Made by a program: the position numbers and the translations under genes | The notes under the pieces: generated by a model | Seen by the model: the letters and a program-made list of their open reading frames with translations, nothing else | What the model was told of the DNA's origin: nothing | Databases searched by the model: none | In this document: piece by piece, positions 1-10,617 of the stretch | How positions within the stretch are numbered: position 1 is the first letter of the stretch | Layout of the letters: each line of letters begins with the position of its first letter | NCBI GenBank assembly: GCA_964410185.1 | Contig: CAYPFM010000003.1 | Span: 85,534 to 149,533 of the forward strand | Length of the DNA stretch: 64,000 nucleotides | Origin: an uncultured Candidatus Saccharibacteria bacterium | GTDB taxonomy: Bacteria > Patescibacteriota > Saccharimonadia > Saccharimonadales > JAUPVS01 | Direction: 5' to 3'

Positions 1-337
1 CACCTTCGGCTTCGAGCTTTTCTATCGCTGTGGCTTGGTAGGGAGCCGTAAAACCCTTGAGAATATTGCTCGCGGCCGTAGTTTCGGAACCAAACGTCAA
101 AAAGTTGTCTTTGGCAATGAATGGTACGCCCGCCAAGCGGCCAACCTTTTCACCTTTGGCAATGCGAGCGTCAATGTCTTTGGCACGTTCACGGGCTCGA
201 TCGGCTGTTGTGGCAATAATGGCGGCAAAATCTTTTTTGGTTTCAATCGCTTCTAGGGACTGCTCCACCAGGTCCGCCGCTTTGGTTTTGCCGGCCTGAA
301 CGTCTTTGGCAATGTCCAAGATTGCTGGCCAACTCAT
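1..337 (-). CDS. gatA: Glutamyl-tRNA(Gln) amidotransferase subunit A, N-terminal part (gene continues past window edge)
   Basis: Minus-strand translation from the ATG overlapping the gatC stop (TAATG) reads MSWPAILDIAKDVQAGKTKAADLVEQSLEAIE...GVPFIAKDNF, an amidase-signature N-terminus. The gatC-gatA order is conserved. Confidence 0.75.
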   Translation of the reverse strand, partial: MSWPAILDIAKDVQAGKTKAADLVEQSLEAIETKKDFAAIIATTADRARERAKDIDARIAKGEKVGRLAGVPFIAKDNFLTFGSETTAASNILKGFTAPYQATAIEKLEAEG

Positions 338-630
338 TATTTGACCATCCGTTTAACTTTAAATTGCTTAGCTTCGGTGGCTGGCGCATTCTTTAATAAA
401 TCATCTGGGTTGGCCTGGTAGTCAACAATCTCATCCGGTCGGGTAACGTCTTTTAAGCCGGTCACCTGGTAGGTTGGTTCGAGTTTATCGAGGTCGACCT
501 TTTGTAGCATTTCAACATATTCCAGAATTGAGCCAATTTCGGCCTCGAATTGGGTGACTTCATCATCAGTCAGTTCCAGCCGTGATAATTTTGCCAATTT
601 TAAGATGTCGTCTCGTGAGAGTTTACTCAT
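337..630 (-). CDS. gatC: Asp/Glu-tRNA amidotransferase subunit C
   Basis: A 97-aa product MSKLSRDDILKLAKLSRLELTDDEV... typical of GatC. The track ORF 337..642 begins at an upstream TTG, so I used the ATG at 630. Confidence 0.8.
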   Translation of the reverse strand: MSKLSRDDILKLAKLSRLELTDDEVTQFEAEIGSILEYVEMLQKVDLDKLEPTYQVTGLKDVTRPDEIVDYQANPDDLLKNAPATEAKQFKVKRMVK

Positions 631-750
631 AATATTCCCCAAGTATACCGGAATTTTTTGAATTGGAACAGAGACGAATGGACGATTTCTACAAAATGTT
701 GTTTACAAACCATAAGCAGAGGCATAGCATAAGCTTAAGGAATTACTATC

Positions 751-1800
751 ATGGCACTTGCAGAAAGTCCTTTCTCCGGATCCCCCTCCCCCGACGGTCA
801 AATGACCGCTACACCCGAAAACGTGCAAAAACTACGTCCTCACCAAAACGAGGACGTTTTTTTATTAGAGCAAACGCCGCTTCCCACCTTTCCTGATATT
901 GGCATCAACAAGGTTACAACTAGGCGTCGGGCCGACCTAGATAACGACTCCGCCCATTACTACGAGCGACGACTAACCTACAGCGACGGCACAAAGATCC
1001 CCAGTTTGGTGGGAGTCGCTATTAACCCAACCTCCGATGTTGTGATTGGCTCAGTGCCTGCCTGGTGGACCAGCCTCTACAAAGGCTTTAACAAAAAGAC
1101 GGCCGATAAGTTTAACGCAGGCGGCAACCATGTCTACATACATGGGATTCCCCAAAATCTGGCACACAGTCTGTACGAAAACTCTTGGAACTTTAATCTG
1201 GCTGCCGACAATCTAGAAGCAGAGTTTGGCGACACCTTCTCGACCAAAGTAATGCGGTTGGTCGGGGACTCCAATGGCGCCATGACCAGCACCGGCGCTA
1301 TCGCCTATAGCCCCGACTTTGGGCGGGTTGTCGAAGACGCCTTCCTGGTCGACCCCTGCATGGTTCACAAGATTGGCAAAGCCGAGGTCGTCAAACTCAT
1401 GCGCCATCCAGACTATCTGGCCAAGGAAATTATCTCGCTCGGTCGACAGGCCGTGCGGCTGGTTAAGGAAGAAGAGGAAGATGCGCTCGAATATCTTGGC
1501 ACGGTTGATCTTTCTATTAAGTTCTTGATCGGTAACATCCTCCTTGCACGCGGGCTTTTCTGGGGTGAATTAGGCCACCTGGCAGCCCACATGCCCCAGG
1601 ATCAAAAAGCGCATTACTATCTGTTTGATCACAGCATCTTTAACCAGAAGAAGGCCTTGTTGGAGATTGTCCACGGCTCCATGGGCAACGCCCGGCCCGA
1701 CGTCACCAACGAAAATCACACCGGCACGCATCTTTCGATCGCCAACATCCGAACTATCAATGCCAAGCTGGCTCACTTTAACGCGCCGCCGGCCGCCTAA
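751..1800 (+). CDS. Hypothetical protein (349 aa), divergent from gatCA
   Basis: Long intact ORF with coding-like composition. I recognise no domain. The exact start is uncertain. Confidence 0.45.
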   Translation: MALAESPFSGSPSPDGQMTATPENVQKLRPHQNEDVFLLEQTPLPTFPDIGINKVTTRRRADLDNDSAHYYERRLTYSDGTKIPSLVGVAINPTSDVVIGSVPAWWTSLYKGFNKKTADKFNAGGNHVYIHGIPQNLAHSLYENSWNFNLAADNLEAEFGDTFSTKVMRLVGDSNGAMTSTGAIAYSPDFGRVVEDAFLVDPCMVHKIGKAEVVKLMRHPDYLAKEIISLGRQAVRLVKEEEEDALEYLGTVDLSIKFLIGNILLARGLFWGELGHLAAHMPQDQKAHYYLFDHSIFNQKKALLEIVHGSMGNARPDVTNENHTGTHLSIANIRTINAKLAHFNAPPAA

Positions 1801-3759
1801 TTACATTTTTGATTTTATATCAGCGATGATATCGCGCAGCTCAGCGGCTTTTTCGAACTGCAGGTTGGCAGCAGCCAGTTCCATCTGGGCGGTCATCTCA
1901 CGCAGGATATGACCGTACTCATCCTTAGGGATCTTCTTGAGATTGAGTTTCTTGGGTTCTTCGGGCAAGTCAGGCCGCATACCTTTTTCGATAGCCTTGG
2001 CAATACCCTCGGGTGTGATGCCATTATCCTTGTTGTACTTGGCTTGAATCTTACGGCGGCGCTTGGTTTCGTCCAGAGCGCGCTGCATGCTGCCGGTGAT
2101 GTTGTCGGCGTACATAATCACCCGGCCTTCCAGGTGACGGGCGGCGCGACCAATGGTTTGAATCAGGGCTTGCTCGCTACGCAAGAAGCCTTCTTTGTCG
2201 GCATCCAAGATGGCCACCAAAGATACTTCTGGTAGGTCCAGCCCTTCACGCAGCAGGTTAATACCGACAACCACATCGTAGACACCTAAGCGGAGGTCGC
2301 GCAGAATGTCGGTTCGATCGAGCGTATCGACATCGCTATGCAGGTAGGCCACTTTAATACCTAGTTCCTTGAGGTATTCGGTAAGATCCTCGGACATCCG
2401 CTTGGTCAACGTCGTTACTAGAACGCGTTGCTGCTTGGCAACGGTATCACGGATCTCGGCAATCAGGTCGTCGACCTGACCCTCGACGGGACGGATAGTA
2501 ATCGGTGGATCCAACAAGAAAGTTGGGCGAATTACCTGCTGGGCTGGCTCGGGACTACGACTCAGCTCGTACTCGGCTGGCGTGGCGCTGACATAAATAG
2601 CTTTGTTGACGTGGTGCTCGAACTCACTAAATGTTAGCGGTCGGTTGTCGAGCGCGCTGGGCAGGCGAAAGCCATGTTCCACCAACACCTCTTTACGAGC
2701 ACGATCACCGTTATACATGCCGCGGATCTGGGGCATGGTCATGTGCGATTCATCCACAAACATCAAAAAGTCATCGGGGAAATAATCGAGCAAGGTGGCT
2801 GGCTGCTCGCCTGGCTCGCGGTTCGTTAGGTAGCGACTGTAGTTCTCGATACCCTTTACAAAGCCAGTTTCTTCCAACATCTCTAGGTCAAACTTGGTGC
2901 GCTGGTTCAGACGCTGGGCTTCGACCAACATCCCTTGCTTCTTAAAGTACTTGGTTCGTTCATCAAGCTCATCTTGAATACTGCCCAAGGCTACTTTCAG
3001 CTTGTCATAAGGAGTTACGTAGTGACTGGACGGGAAGATTTTTAGCTGTTTTAGGGTTGCCAGAATTTCGCCGGTGAGTGGATCGATCTTAGTAATGCGC
3101 TCGATTTCATCGCCGTCAAAATCGATGCGGTAGGCCAATTCCTCGCCTGCCGGGAAGACATCAACCACATCCCCACGCACCCGGAAGGTACCGCGGTGGA
3201 AGTCAATGTCATTACGCTGGTACTGGATATCGGTCAGCTGGCGCAGCAGCTTATCGCGTACGCGCCGTTCACCTGTTTCCAAAACAACCGATAGGCCGTC
3301 ATAGTCATCCACCGAACCGATACCGTAGATACAACTAACGCTGGCCACAATAATAACGTCTTTACGGCTTAGCAGCGCATCAGTGGCGGCGTGCCTCAGC
3401 CGGTCGATTTCTTCGTTAATCTGGCTGTCTTTTTCGATGTAGGTGTCGCTGCGCGGAATATAGGCTTCCGGCTGATAATAATCGAAGTAGCTCACAAAGT
3501 AATGGACGGCGTTGTCGGGAAAGAAGTTACGGAACTCGCTGTACAGCTGAGCGGCCAGGGTTTTGTTATGGCTCAAAATCAGGGTTGGTTTTTGGACATT
3601 CTGGATCACATTAGCCATGGTGTAGGTCTTCCCCGAACCAGTCACGCCCAGCAACGTCTGCTCTTTGGTACCGGCTTGAATACCCTTGGTCAACTGAGCA
3701 ATCGCCGCTGGCTGATCTCCAGTGGGACGATATTTCGCAGTGAGTTTGAAGCGGGACAT
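1801..3759 (-). CDS. uvrB: Excinuclease ABC subunit B
   Basis: 652 aa with the Walker A motif [12 protein letters not shown], helicase motifs and a C-terminal UvrB/UvrC interaction helix. Upstream is TGGTACAAT-N6-ATG, which suggests a leaderless start. Confidence 0.95.
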   Translation of the reverse strand: MSRFKLTAKYRPTGDQPAAIAQLTKGIQAGTKEQTLLGVTGSGKTYTMANVIQNVQKPTLILSHNKTLAAQLYSEFRNFFPDNAVHYFVSYFDYYQPEAYIPRSDTYIEKDSQINEEIDRLRHAATDALLSRKDVIIVASVSCIYGIGSVDDYDGLSVVLETGERRVRDKLLRQLTDIQYQRNDIDFHRGTFRVRGDVVDVFPAGEELAYRIDFDGDEIERITKIDPLTGEILATLKQLKIFPSSHYVTPYDKLKVALGSIQDELDERTKYFKKQGMLVEAQRLNQRTKFDLEMLEETGFVKGIENYSRYLTNREPGEQPATLLDYFPDDFLMFVDESHMTMPQIRGMYNGDRARKEVLVEHGFRLPSALDNRPLTFSEFEHHVNKAIYVSATPAEYELSRSPEPAQQVIRPTFLLDPPITIRPVEGQVDDLIAEIRDTVAKQQRVLVTTLTKRMSEDLTEYLKELGIKVAYLHSDVDTLDRTDILRDLRLGVYDVVVGINLLREGLDLPEVSLVAILDADKEGFLRSEQALIQTIGRAARHLEGRVIMYADNITGSMQRALDETKRRRKIQAKYNKDNGITPEGIAKAIEKGMRPDLPEEPKKLNLKKIPKDEYGHILREMTAQMELAAANLQFEKAAELRDIIADIKSKM

Positions 3760-3790
3760 CTAGCTATTGTACCACCGCTTGAGCTATCTG

Positions 3791-4396
3791 TTAGCCGTAA
3801 TGTGGCGCATCATTATCCAGATACCAGCGGGATAGTTCATCTTTGGTGTCGATGTCGGCGTATTCTTTGTCGAGCACTTTAACGATTTTGGCGACCAGGC
3901 GTTCGGGATCGCTGTCAAAAAATACCAAATCCTTGTTGGGTGCTTCGAGTTTTTCGATGAGCTCCTCCAAGGCGTCGGCGGTTCCCCCGCTACCCGTGAG
4001 AACGCCACACGGCATCCGTGACTCGATGGCGGTCGTAAACTCATGCAGACTACCAAAACGGCCACCGATGGTGATGACGGCATCACTGGACTGGACGAGA
4101 TGAATATCGCGGCCAACGTAGTGCATGCCGGTAAAGTTCACAAAATCGAAAACACCAATCGGCAAACGATATTTGTGCAAATGTTCACGTAAACTGGCGG
4201 CTGGCGAAAAACCAATGCTCATACCACCCTCGGCTTTGGCGGCCTTGGCAGCAAAATACGGCAAACCAACGGTAGCGCCCGTTGTCAGTGTGTGGCCTTG
4301 TTGGGCAATCGCGCGTCCAACCCGTTCAGCCAGAGGCTGGGCTAGTTTTACCGTTTTGCCGCCGGCCGCGCCGGAGACGCAGATGTTATACTTCAT
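3791..4396 (-). CDS. TIGR00725/LOG-like Rossmann-fold nucleotide-binding protein
   Basis: N-terminus MKYNICVSGAAGG...LTTGATVGLP resembles the LOG/TIGR00725 family. Confidence 0.5.
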   Translation of the reverse strand: MKYNICVSGAAGGKTVKLAQPLAERVGRAIAQQGHTLTTGATVGLPYFAAKAAKAEGGMSIGFSPAASLREHLHKYRLPIGVFDFVNFTGMHYVGRDIHLVQSSDAVITIGGRFGSLHEFTTAIESRMPCGVLTGSGGTADALEELIEKLEAPNKDLVFFDSDPERLVAKIVKVLDKEYADIDTKDELSRWYLDNDAPHYG

Positions 4397-5634
4397 ACCT
4401 TTAGCTTCTCGGGGGCAATCATGCTGTTATCGAGTTGCTGCAAGACTTGTTGCTCAAGATTCTTCTGACCCATGTAGCGCACAAAGACTTCGTTCCACAA
4501 GCTTTCGCGGAAGTGATAAATCGCTCGATCAGCGTAATGCATGTCGTTCACATAGCTCGCGGCCACATCAAGTAGGTTCATGGTAACCGGACGGCCAGCG
4601 TGCATCACGCCAACAAAATCCAGATCTCGCCAAAAGCCAAGTTCGGGGTCGACTTCGTAAAGCAAATCCTCGGCCCGGCGCCAGTGGAGATCCTCTGGCT
4701 GAACGTGTGGTTCAAAGATTTCGGGGTGATACTCTTTTTCGAGCTTACCAAAGTAACGCTGAATGACCCGCCAGTGAATTGTCTGCCCAGCCATTACCGC
4801 TGCTTCGGGCACATCGGCAATTAGGGTGTTAGCCACAATCTCGCCAAACTTGGGCTGCATCTGCTTGAGTTTAAAGAACGAGGAATACAGCCGAATTTCG
4901 TTGAGATAATGGAATAGCAGTGGCAAGGTAAAGATAGTGATGCCCTTCAGCTTGGCGTCGGGCCCAACCGGCAACATCAGAATGACACCAAGTTCCTTCA
5001 GGTGCGTAATATTGTGCTTCTTTTTATGGATGAAATTGGCCGAGATATCACCCCACCGCTCCAGCGGCATCTCGATAATCTCGATGTCGCGGGTTTCGAA
5101 GTCACTTGGCTTGAGTTTTTTGTAGCCCTCGTCAAACAGATTGAGCCACTTAGGATCTTCTGCAAAGCGCAGCGCTCCGTAGATTTCACCCAAGTTCTCC
5201 CGCTTGAGCATCGAATCGATCGAGCGATAGCCGAGGTGCTTCATAATCGCCTTGGGCGGGTTCTTTTTGAGCATAGCCCGGGCGGTAGCCGGCTTAAGCA
5301 CCCAGCAGCTCTTTGGTGTGTCAACGGCCTCCCAAGCCTTTTTCATCAATGGCATGAGTGCGGCCGCATCATTAGGATCACTACCACCAATTTGCTTTAC
5401 CAAGTGCTCGTCTTGTTTCTCGACCAAATTAAGTAGAGCGTAGTACAGTTCCTTACCGGTCGTATCATCCGGATCAAGGCCTAGTTCCATTGTCTTGAGG
5501 CGAATTTTGCCCATGATTTCGGTGGTGAGGCGGATGTCAGCACTGGGGTTACCGCTGTCGGCTTCAAGCTGCTTCAGCGCCAACGAAAACATTGGCTCAG
5601 TAGCACCCAGTAATTCAGACAGCATCTTGCTCAT
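4393..5634 (-). CDS. Hypothetical protein (about 413 aa)
   Basis: Long ORF. I chose the start at the internal ATG (MSKMLSELLG) rather than the track start. No recognisable domain. Confidence 0.45.
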   Translation of the reverse strand: MSKMLSELLGATEPMFSLALKQLEADSGNPSADIRLTTEIMGKIRLKTMELGLDPDDTTGKELYYALLNLVEKQDEHLVKQIGGSDPNDAAALMPLMKKAWEAVDTPKSCWVLKPATARAMLKKNPPKAIMKHLGYRSIDSMLKRENLGEIYGALRFAEDPKWLNLFDEGYKKLKPSDFETRDIEIIEMPLERWGDISANFIHKKKHNITHLKELGVILMLPVGPDAKLKGITIFTLPLLFHYLNEIRLYSSFFKLKQMQPKFGEIVANTLIADVPEAAVMAGQTIHWRVIQRYFGKLEKEYHPEIFEPHVQPEDLHWRRAEDLLYEVDPELGFWRDLDFVGVMHAGRPVTMNLLDVAASYVNDMHYADRAIYHFRESLWNEVFVRYMGQKNLEQQVLQQLDNSMIAPEKLKV

Positions 5635-5735
5635 AGTTACCTTAAGATTACCATAAGCGTGAACCTGAGTCACTATGTTATGACGCGGCTTCGACCTCAA
5701 GGGTCTGCAGATGCAGTGCATACTACTATTGAACG

Positions 5736-6707
5736 TTAAGGTTTGACGATGGGGTGGATGACGATGGGCATCGAATGGAGGGGCGCGCCGATCGAGAGGA
5801 TGCCGGCTTTGGCACCGATTTTACTGACCACGCTGGTTGAGTTGGCACTAGCGAAGGTAATTGCCTCTTCCATCGACTTGCCGGCGGCCAGGGCGGCCAC
5901 AAACCCGCTGCTGAAGGCATCACCGGCACCGGTGCGGTCGACAACGGGTACATCATCATACATGCCAGCTTTATAGATTTTTTCGCCGTCACTCGCCACC
6001 GAGCCCCTTGGTCCATCAGTGATAATGACGTATGGGATGTGATTAGCGGCGTGCATCGCCAGCTCTTCGCTGGTTTCGCCCCGGAAGAGCATCTGGGCTT
6101 CTTCTTTATTGACACTAAGGATGGTGATGTCAGGAATAAGCTTTTTGAAGTCGTGGCCGTGCATCAGTTCGCCCTTACCGGGGTTCACTGCCACCTTGAT
6201 TTTGTGTTTGCGAGCATAGGCAATAATTACTTTGAGGGACTCGTAGTCACCAGATAACGAGCTGACATAGAACCAGTCGGCGGTGGCTTGCTGGAAATCG
6301 TGTGGCTGGAAGTCAAAATCGACCGAAGCACCGCGATACGTTAGGATTGTTCGTTCGCCGTTGGGCGCAAGCAGCAACACCGAATAGCCGGTTTGGGCTT
6401 TTTTGGTGTAGTTAACCAGCTCAGTGTTGACGCCTTCTTTGTGCAGGTCGGCTAAAACTGAATCACCAGCCGGGTCGTGACCAATTTGGCCCATGTAGGC
6501 ACTATGCAGTTCCTGGCGAGCGAAGGTCACGGCCGCATTGGTGGCACCGCCACCGGTGCTAAAGTAGACGCCTTCAATTTCGTTCTTGCTGCCAAAAGCG
6601 AATTCCTCTACTTTTTCACCATCATCATTGTGGGCACGAAAAATTTTGCCGTGCAGAAAGACATCTTGAACGGCTGCCCCAATCGCGATCATGCGTGGCT
6701 TGCTCAT
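5736..6707 (-). CDS. PfkB-family carbohydrate kinase (ribokinase-like; possibly a phosphofructokinase given the adjacent fba)
   Basis: C-terminal PfkB signature DRTGAGDAFSSGFVAALAAG. Lies directly downstream of class II aldolase. Confidence 0.75.
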   Translation of the reverse strand: MSKPRMIAIGAAVQDVFLHGKIFRAHNDDGEKVEEFAFGSKNEIEGVYFSTGGGATNAAVTFARQELHSAYMGQIGHDPAGDSVLADLHKEGVNTELVNYTKKAQTGYSVLLLAPNGERTILTYRGASVDFDFQPHDFQQATADWFYVSSLSGDYESLKVIIAYARKHKIKVAVNPGKGELMHGHDFKKLIPDITILSVNKEEAQMLFRGETSEELAMHAANHIPYVIITDGPRGSVASDGEKIYKAGMYDDVPVVDRTGAGDAFSSGFVAALAAGKSMEEAITFASANSTSVVSKIGAKAGILSIGAPLHSMPIVIHPIVKP

Positions 6708-6710
6708 CAG

Positions 6711-7622
6711 CTAGGGCCTGGCTTTGCCTGCCGAGTTAAACATATCGATCTTGGCTTCAACCACTTTTTGGACAGCGTCTTCGACGTGCCCCATTAGTTT
6801 GACCACGGCGTATTCACTTGGGTTAGCAGCCAGTTCCTTTTCGAGCGCCTTACGGTAGGCAATACGCATATCAGTATTAATGTTAATCTTGGTGACGCCG
6901 ATTTTAACGGCATCAACAAAATAGTGGCCAGGCGTGTCACTGCCGCCATGCAGGCTGATATTGCAATCAATCGCGTAACGAATTGACTTTAGGAGAGGGA
7001 TATCAAGTTTTTTGGGCACTGGGTAGTGGCCGTGCAAGTTACCAACGGCGGCCGCAAAGGTATCGATGCCGGTGGCATCCACGAAGTGCTTGGCACCAGC
7101 TGGTGTGCTAAAGGTCTTTTTAATCTCTTCGTAATCATAGGCTTTTTTGAAGACGTTCGAGCCACCGCCGAAGTAGTGTGGCTCACTCTCGACCAAGGCA
7201 CCGGTAAGGCGGGCGCAGGCCACGACGGTCTTGGTGGCAGCGATAATTTCTTCATCAGTAGCATCGTGATTGGCTTGACTGACATCGATGTGAATAAACT
7301 CAAACCCGGCTTCGATGCCTTTGATGGCAGCTTCGACCGACGGTGAATGATCGAGGTTAATGTACATCTCGAGGTTGTACTGAGCCTTGTAGTTGTCGAC
7401 CATGTCGCGGATGTTATCCAGCCCCATGGCATTGACTTCACCCTGGCTCACTTCTACTAGAATGGGCGCCTTTTTTGCGGCCGCCGCCTTACAGACGGCG
7501 ATTAGGGTTTCTTGATTGTCGAGGTTAAAGGCACCAAGCGCAAAGTGGTTTTTACGAGCGCGGGCCATGGTGGCACGGGCTTTTTGACAGTTTTCACGAA
7601 TTTGATTGAGGGTTAGTGGCAT
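6711..7622 (-). CDS. fba: Class II fructose-bisphosphate aldolase
   Basis: 303 aa with class II FBA motifs (HLDHG-like HIDVSQ, GGSDTPG region). Confidence 0.85.
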   Translation of the reverse strand: MPLTLNQIRENCQKARATMARARKNHFALGAFNLDNQETLIAVCKAAAAKKAPILVEVSQGEVNAMGLDNIRDMVDNYKAQYNLEMYINLDHSPSVEAAIKGIEAGFEFIHIDVSQANHDATDEEIIAATKTVVACARLTGALVESEPHYFGGGSNVFKKAYDYEEIKKTFSTPAGAKHFVDATGIDTFAAAVGNLHGHYPVPKKLDIPLLKSIRYAIDCNISLHGGSDTPGHYFVDAVKIGVTKININTDMRIAYRKALEKELAANPSEYAVVKLMGHVEDAVQKVVEAKIDMFNSAGKARP

Positions 7623-7654
7623 AGTTTTTGTTTATCCTTATGCTTATCTTACCA

Positions 7655-8629
7655 CTACTTGCTGATTTCGTGCACCGCCATGGCAATATGCTTGGCGGTC
7701 AGCCCAAAGTGCTCGAGAAGTTCTTCGGGTTTACCAGATTCACCAAAGTGATCACGCATACCAAGACGTTTGAGCGGTCGTGGGCAATGTTCGCCGAGCA
7801 GCTCAGCCACAGCACCACCCAGACCACCAATAATCTGGGCTTCCTCGACCGTTACCACGGCCCGGGTTTTTTGAGCACTGGCCAGCAACGTGGCATTATC
7901 GAGCGGCTTAATGGTTGGGCAGTGAATGACTTCGGCATCAATACCATCCTTATAGAGCATTTCGGCAGCCTGAAGCGCCTGGAAGGTCATCGTACCAGTG
8001 GCCACAATTGTCACATCCTTGCCTTCACTCAAGACGTAGGCTTTGCCAATCTCGAACGGAGTGTCTTTGGTGGTAAAAACTGGGGTGGCTTCGCGAGCCA
8101 GGCGCATATAGTTCGGTCGCTTGTCGACAGCCATAGCCAGTGTGGCCTTTTCGGCCTCAACAGCGTCACCAGGCACAATAACGACCATGTTTGGCAGCAC
8201 CCGCATTAGGGCAATGTCTTCGAGCATCTGGTGGGTGGCACCGTCGGCACCCGTGTAGAGCCCAGCGTGGGAGCCAACAATCTTAACTGGTTGGTCGTTC
8301 AAACAGATGGTAGTGCGGATTTGCTCCCAGTTACGACCAGGGCTAAAAGCAGCGTAGCTGGATACAAACGGAATCTTGCCCATGGCGGCCATACCAGAGC
8401 CAACGGTTACCAAATTCTGTTCGCCAATCCCAATTTCGACAAATCGATCTGGAAAGGCTTCGGCGAAAAAGTTCATCATCGTGGAGCCGGTCAGGTCGGC
8501 ACAGGCGCCGACGACATTCTCGTCGCGCTTGCCGGCTTCGAGCAAGCCGTTACCAAAGCCCTTGCGGGTTGGCACCATTTCGAACTCACCTTTTAGGAAG
8601 TCTTCGTGAACCAGATGCAGATTACTCAT
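7655..8629 (-). CDS. tkt: Transketolase, C-terminal (pyrimidine-binding) subunit
   Basis: Pyrimidine-binding and C-terminal domain motifs (GEDGATHQ, MRVLPN). The start ATG (MSNLHLVHED) overlaps the stop of the N-terminal subunit gene by 8 nt. Confidence 0.85.
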   Translation of the reverse strand: MSNLHLVHEDFLKGEFEMVPTRKGFGNGLLEAGKRDENVVGACADLTGSTMMNFFAEAFPDRFVEIGIGEQNLVTVGSGMAAMGKIPFVSSYAAFSPGRNWEQIRTTICLNDQPVKIVGSHAGLYTGADGATHQMLEDIALMRVLPNMVVIVPGDAVEAEKATLAMAVDKRPNYMRLAREATPVFTTKDTPFEIGKAYVLSEGKDVTIVATGTMTFQALQAAEMLYKDGIDAEVIHCPTIKPLDNATLLASAQKTRAVVTVEEAQIIGGLGGAVAELLGEHCPRPLKRLGMRDHFGESGKPEELLEHFGLTAKHIAMAVHEISK

Positions 8630-9476
8630 GTTCGCCTCGAATCTTGCCACCGAGGGTACGCAGTTCGTGGAGAGCCTTTTTGGCTTGTTCGTGGTTTGGC
8701 GGTGCGCCGTGCCAGTGGAAGTCGTATTCCATAAAGTCGACGCCCTTGCCTGGGATGGTGTGGGCAATAATCATGACTGGCTTTTCAACAATCGCGCGGG
8801 CCATGGCAGTGGCGTCAATAAAGGCTTCGATGTTATTGCCATCAACCTCTATGACGTGCCAGCCAAAGGCTTCCCACTTCTTTTTAAGGTCTTCGAGCGG
8901 CATGACAACTTCGGTTGGGCCGTCAATCTGGATATTGTTGCGGTCGATAATACCAATAACGTTGTTGAGCTTGTATTTACCTGCCAGCATGGCGGCTTCC
9001 CAGATATTGCCTTCGTTCAGCTCGCCGTCGCCCATAACCACATAGACCCAACGGTAGAAATCCTTGTTCATACGCATGGCCAGGGCCATACCGGCCGCCT
9101 GACTCAGACCACAACCGAGCGGGCCACTGGTGTTCTCAAGACCGGGCATGCGGGTACGTTCCGGGTGACCCTGTAATCTGGAGCCAAATTGGCGTAAGGT
9201 CATTAGTTCTTTCTTATCAAAATAACCGGCTTCGGCCATGGTGGCGTAGCGAACTGGTACGCAGTGACCATTACTGAGCAGTAATATGTCTCGTTGGCTC
9301 CAGTTAGGCTTGGCGGGGTCGTGCTTGAGAATATCAAAGTACAGGGCCGTAAAGATGTCGGCCAGGCCCAGGGGGCCGGCACTGTGGCCACTGCCAGCGT
9401 GCTCGAGCATCTTAATGATGTCCTCGCGGATGGCGTTAGCTTTGATTTCTAGCTCGGGGAGCGATAACTTTTGCAT
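8622..9476 (-). CDS. tkt: Transketolase, N-terminal (TPP-binding) subunit
   Basis: 284 aa with the TPP-binding motifs GSGHSAGPLG and GDGELNEGNIWEA. Split transketolase architecture. Confidence 0.85.
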   Translation of the reverse strand: MQKLSLPELEIKANAIREDIIKMLEHAGSGHSAGPLGLADIFTALYFDILKHDPAKPNWSQRDILLLSNGHCVPVRYATMAEAGYFDKKELMTLRQFGSRLQGHPERTRMPGLENTSGPLGCGLSQAAGMALAMRMNKDFYRWVYVVMGDGELNEGNIWEAAMLAGKYKLNNVIGIIDRNNIQIDGPTEVVMPLEDLKKKWEAFGWHVIEVDGNNIEAFIDATAMARAIVEKPVMIIAHTIPGKGVDFMEYDFHWHGAPPNHEQAKKALHELRTLGGKIRGEHE

Positions 9477-9488
9477 ACTCGTTTTTAT

Positions 9489-10118
9489 TTACCTCAATTT
9501 ACTCTTTAGTTTAGCATAAGCAGCGCTAGGATTCGAGGCTTTTTGAATAAATCCGCCGACGTTCAAGACATCAATGCCGCCGGCCGCCAATAAGTGCACA
9601 TTGGTGTCATTAATACCCCCATCCCAACCAATCTCCAGATTGTGTTTGAGGTGCTTGATGGCTTGGGCCTTAATCAGTAAATCAAGGTCGGCCGTACCAC
9701 CAAAATGACCCAAGTCACCGCTAAATATCATGACGTGGTCAATAAAATCGAGGGCTGGCTTGATAGCGCTGGCTGGTGTCTCTGGCAGCAACGCAACACC
9801 CACCTTCATGCCCATCTTGTGCACGATTTTGGAAAAGGTCACAAAATCACCGTCAGCCTCGGCGTGTACAATCACAAGGTGCGGTTTGAGCGCGACGATT
9901 TCGCGCATGTGACGGCTGGGGTTCTGATACATCAGATGCAAGTCAACCTTAATGCCCTTGGGGAAAGTAATTTCATCAAGCCCAGGGGACTGGGTGGGCG
10001 CGAGCTGTCCGTCCATAAAATCTAGATGAATCCGTTTGGCAAACGGTTCAACGCGTTCCAGCTGCTGCTGATACTGATTGCTATCGACAGGGGTGACACA
10101 GGGGCATATGGTCGCCAT
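9489..10118 (-). CDS. rpe: Ribulose-phosphate 3-epimerase
   Basis: 209 aa with HLDFMDG and a TIM-barrel epimerase pattern. Confidence 0.75.
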   Translation of the reverse strand: MATICPCVTPVDSNQYQQQLERVEPFAKRIHLDFMDGQLAPTQSPGLDEITFPKGIKVDLHLMYQNPSRHMREIVALKPHLVIVHAEADGDFVTFSKIVHKMGMKVGVALLPETPASAIKPALDFIDHVMIFSGDLGHFGGTADLDLLIKAQAIKHLKHNLEIGWDGGINDTNVHLLAAGGIDVLNVGGFIQKASNPSAAYAKLKSKLR

Positions 10119-10121
10119 GGT

Positions 10122-10616
10122 CTACTCCAGATTATCCAGTTTTTGGATGCGCCTGGCGTGGCGCTCTTGATCGCTAAATGGCGTTTCTAGCCAGATGTTG
10201 GTAGCCTGTTCGATCTGTGGCTGACTCAAGAAACGTGCCGCCAAGCTAAGGACGTTGGCGTTGTTGTGTTGACGGCTGAGGCGGAGAATTTCATATTCGT
10301 CCGAGGCCGTGCCCCCGGTGGCATCAATCGCTCCTTGCGGAGTGGCCGGACCATAATACACGGCTGCCCGCACGCCTTTGACTCTGTTCGCTGACATGGC
10401 TTCGCCCTGGCCGCTACCACCCATAATGATGGCTCGCTCGCAGTCACCGCTGGCAACTGCCTGAGCGGCTGGGAAGATGAAATCAGGATAGTCATCCTCG
10501 GCATCAAAGCTGGTTGGGCCGTAATTAGTACACTCATGACCCTGGGCTTCCAGATAGACCTGCAAGATCTTGAGTTGTTCAAATCCGGCGTGGTCAGTCG
10601 CCAAAGCAAGCTTCAT
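10122..10616 (-). CDS. rpiB: Ribose-5-phosphate isomerase B
   Basis: 164 aa RpiB/LacAB family (MKLALATDHAGFEQLK...). Confidence 0.8.
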   Translation of the reverse strand: MKLALATDHAGFEQLKILQVYLEAQGHECTNYGPTSFDAEDDYPDFIFPAAQAVASGDCERAIIMGGSGQGEAMSANRVKGVRAAVYYGPATPQGAIDATGGTASDEYEILRLSRQHNNANVLSLAARFLSQPQIEQATNIWLETPFSDQERHARRIQKLDNLE

Positions 10617-10617
10617 G

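Noticed and set aside
35-299. Two plus-strand ORFs (35..256, 57..299) at the left edge
   Set aside because: They lie antisense to a clearly recognisable gatA N-terminus on the minus strand and have low-complexity Arg/Ala-rich translations typical of GC-rich antisense frames.
5726-7441. Several ORFs of 100-150 aa (5726..6115, 5743..5976, 6989..7441, 7026..7346) overlapping the PfkB and fba genes
   Set aside because: They fall entirely inside well-supported enzyme genes, in alternative or antisense frames, and their translations are Pro/Ser/Arg-rich low-complexity. They are frame artefacts.
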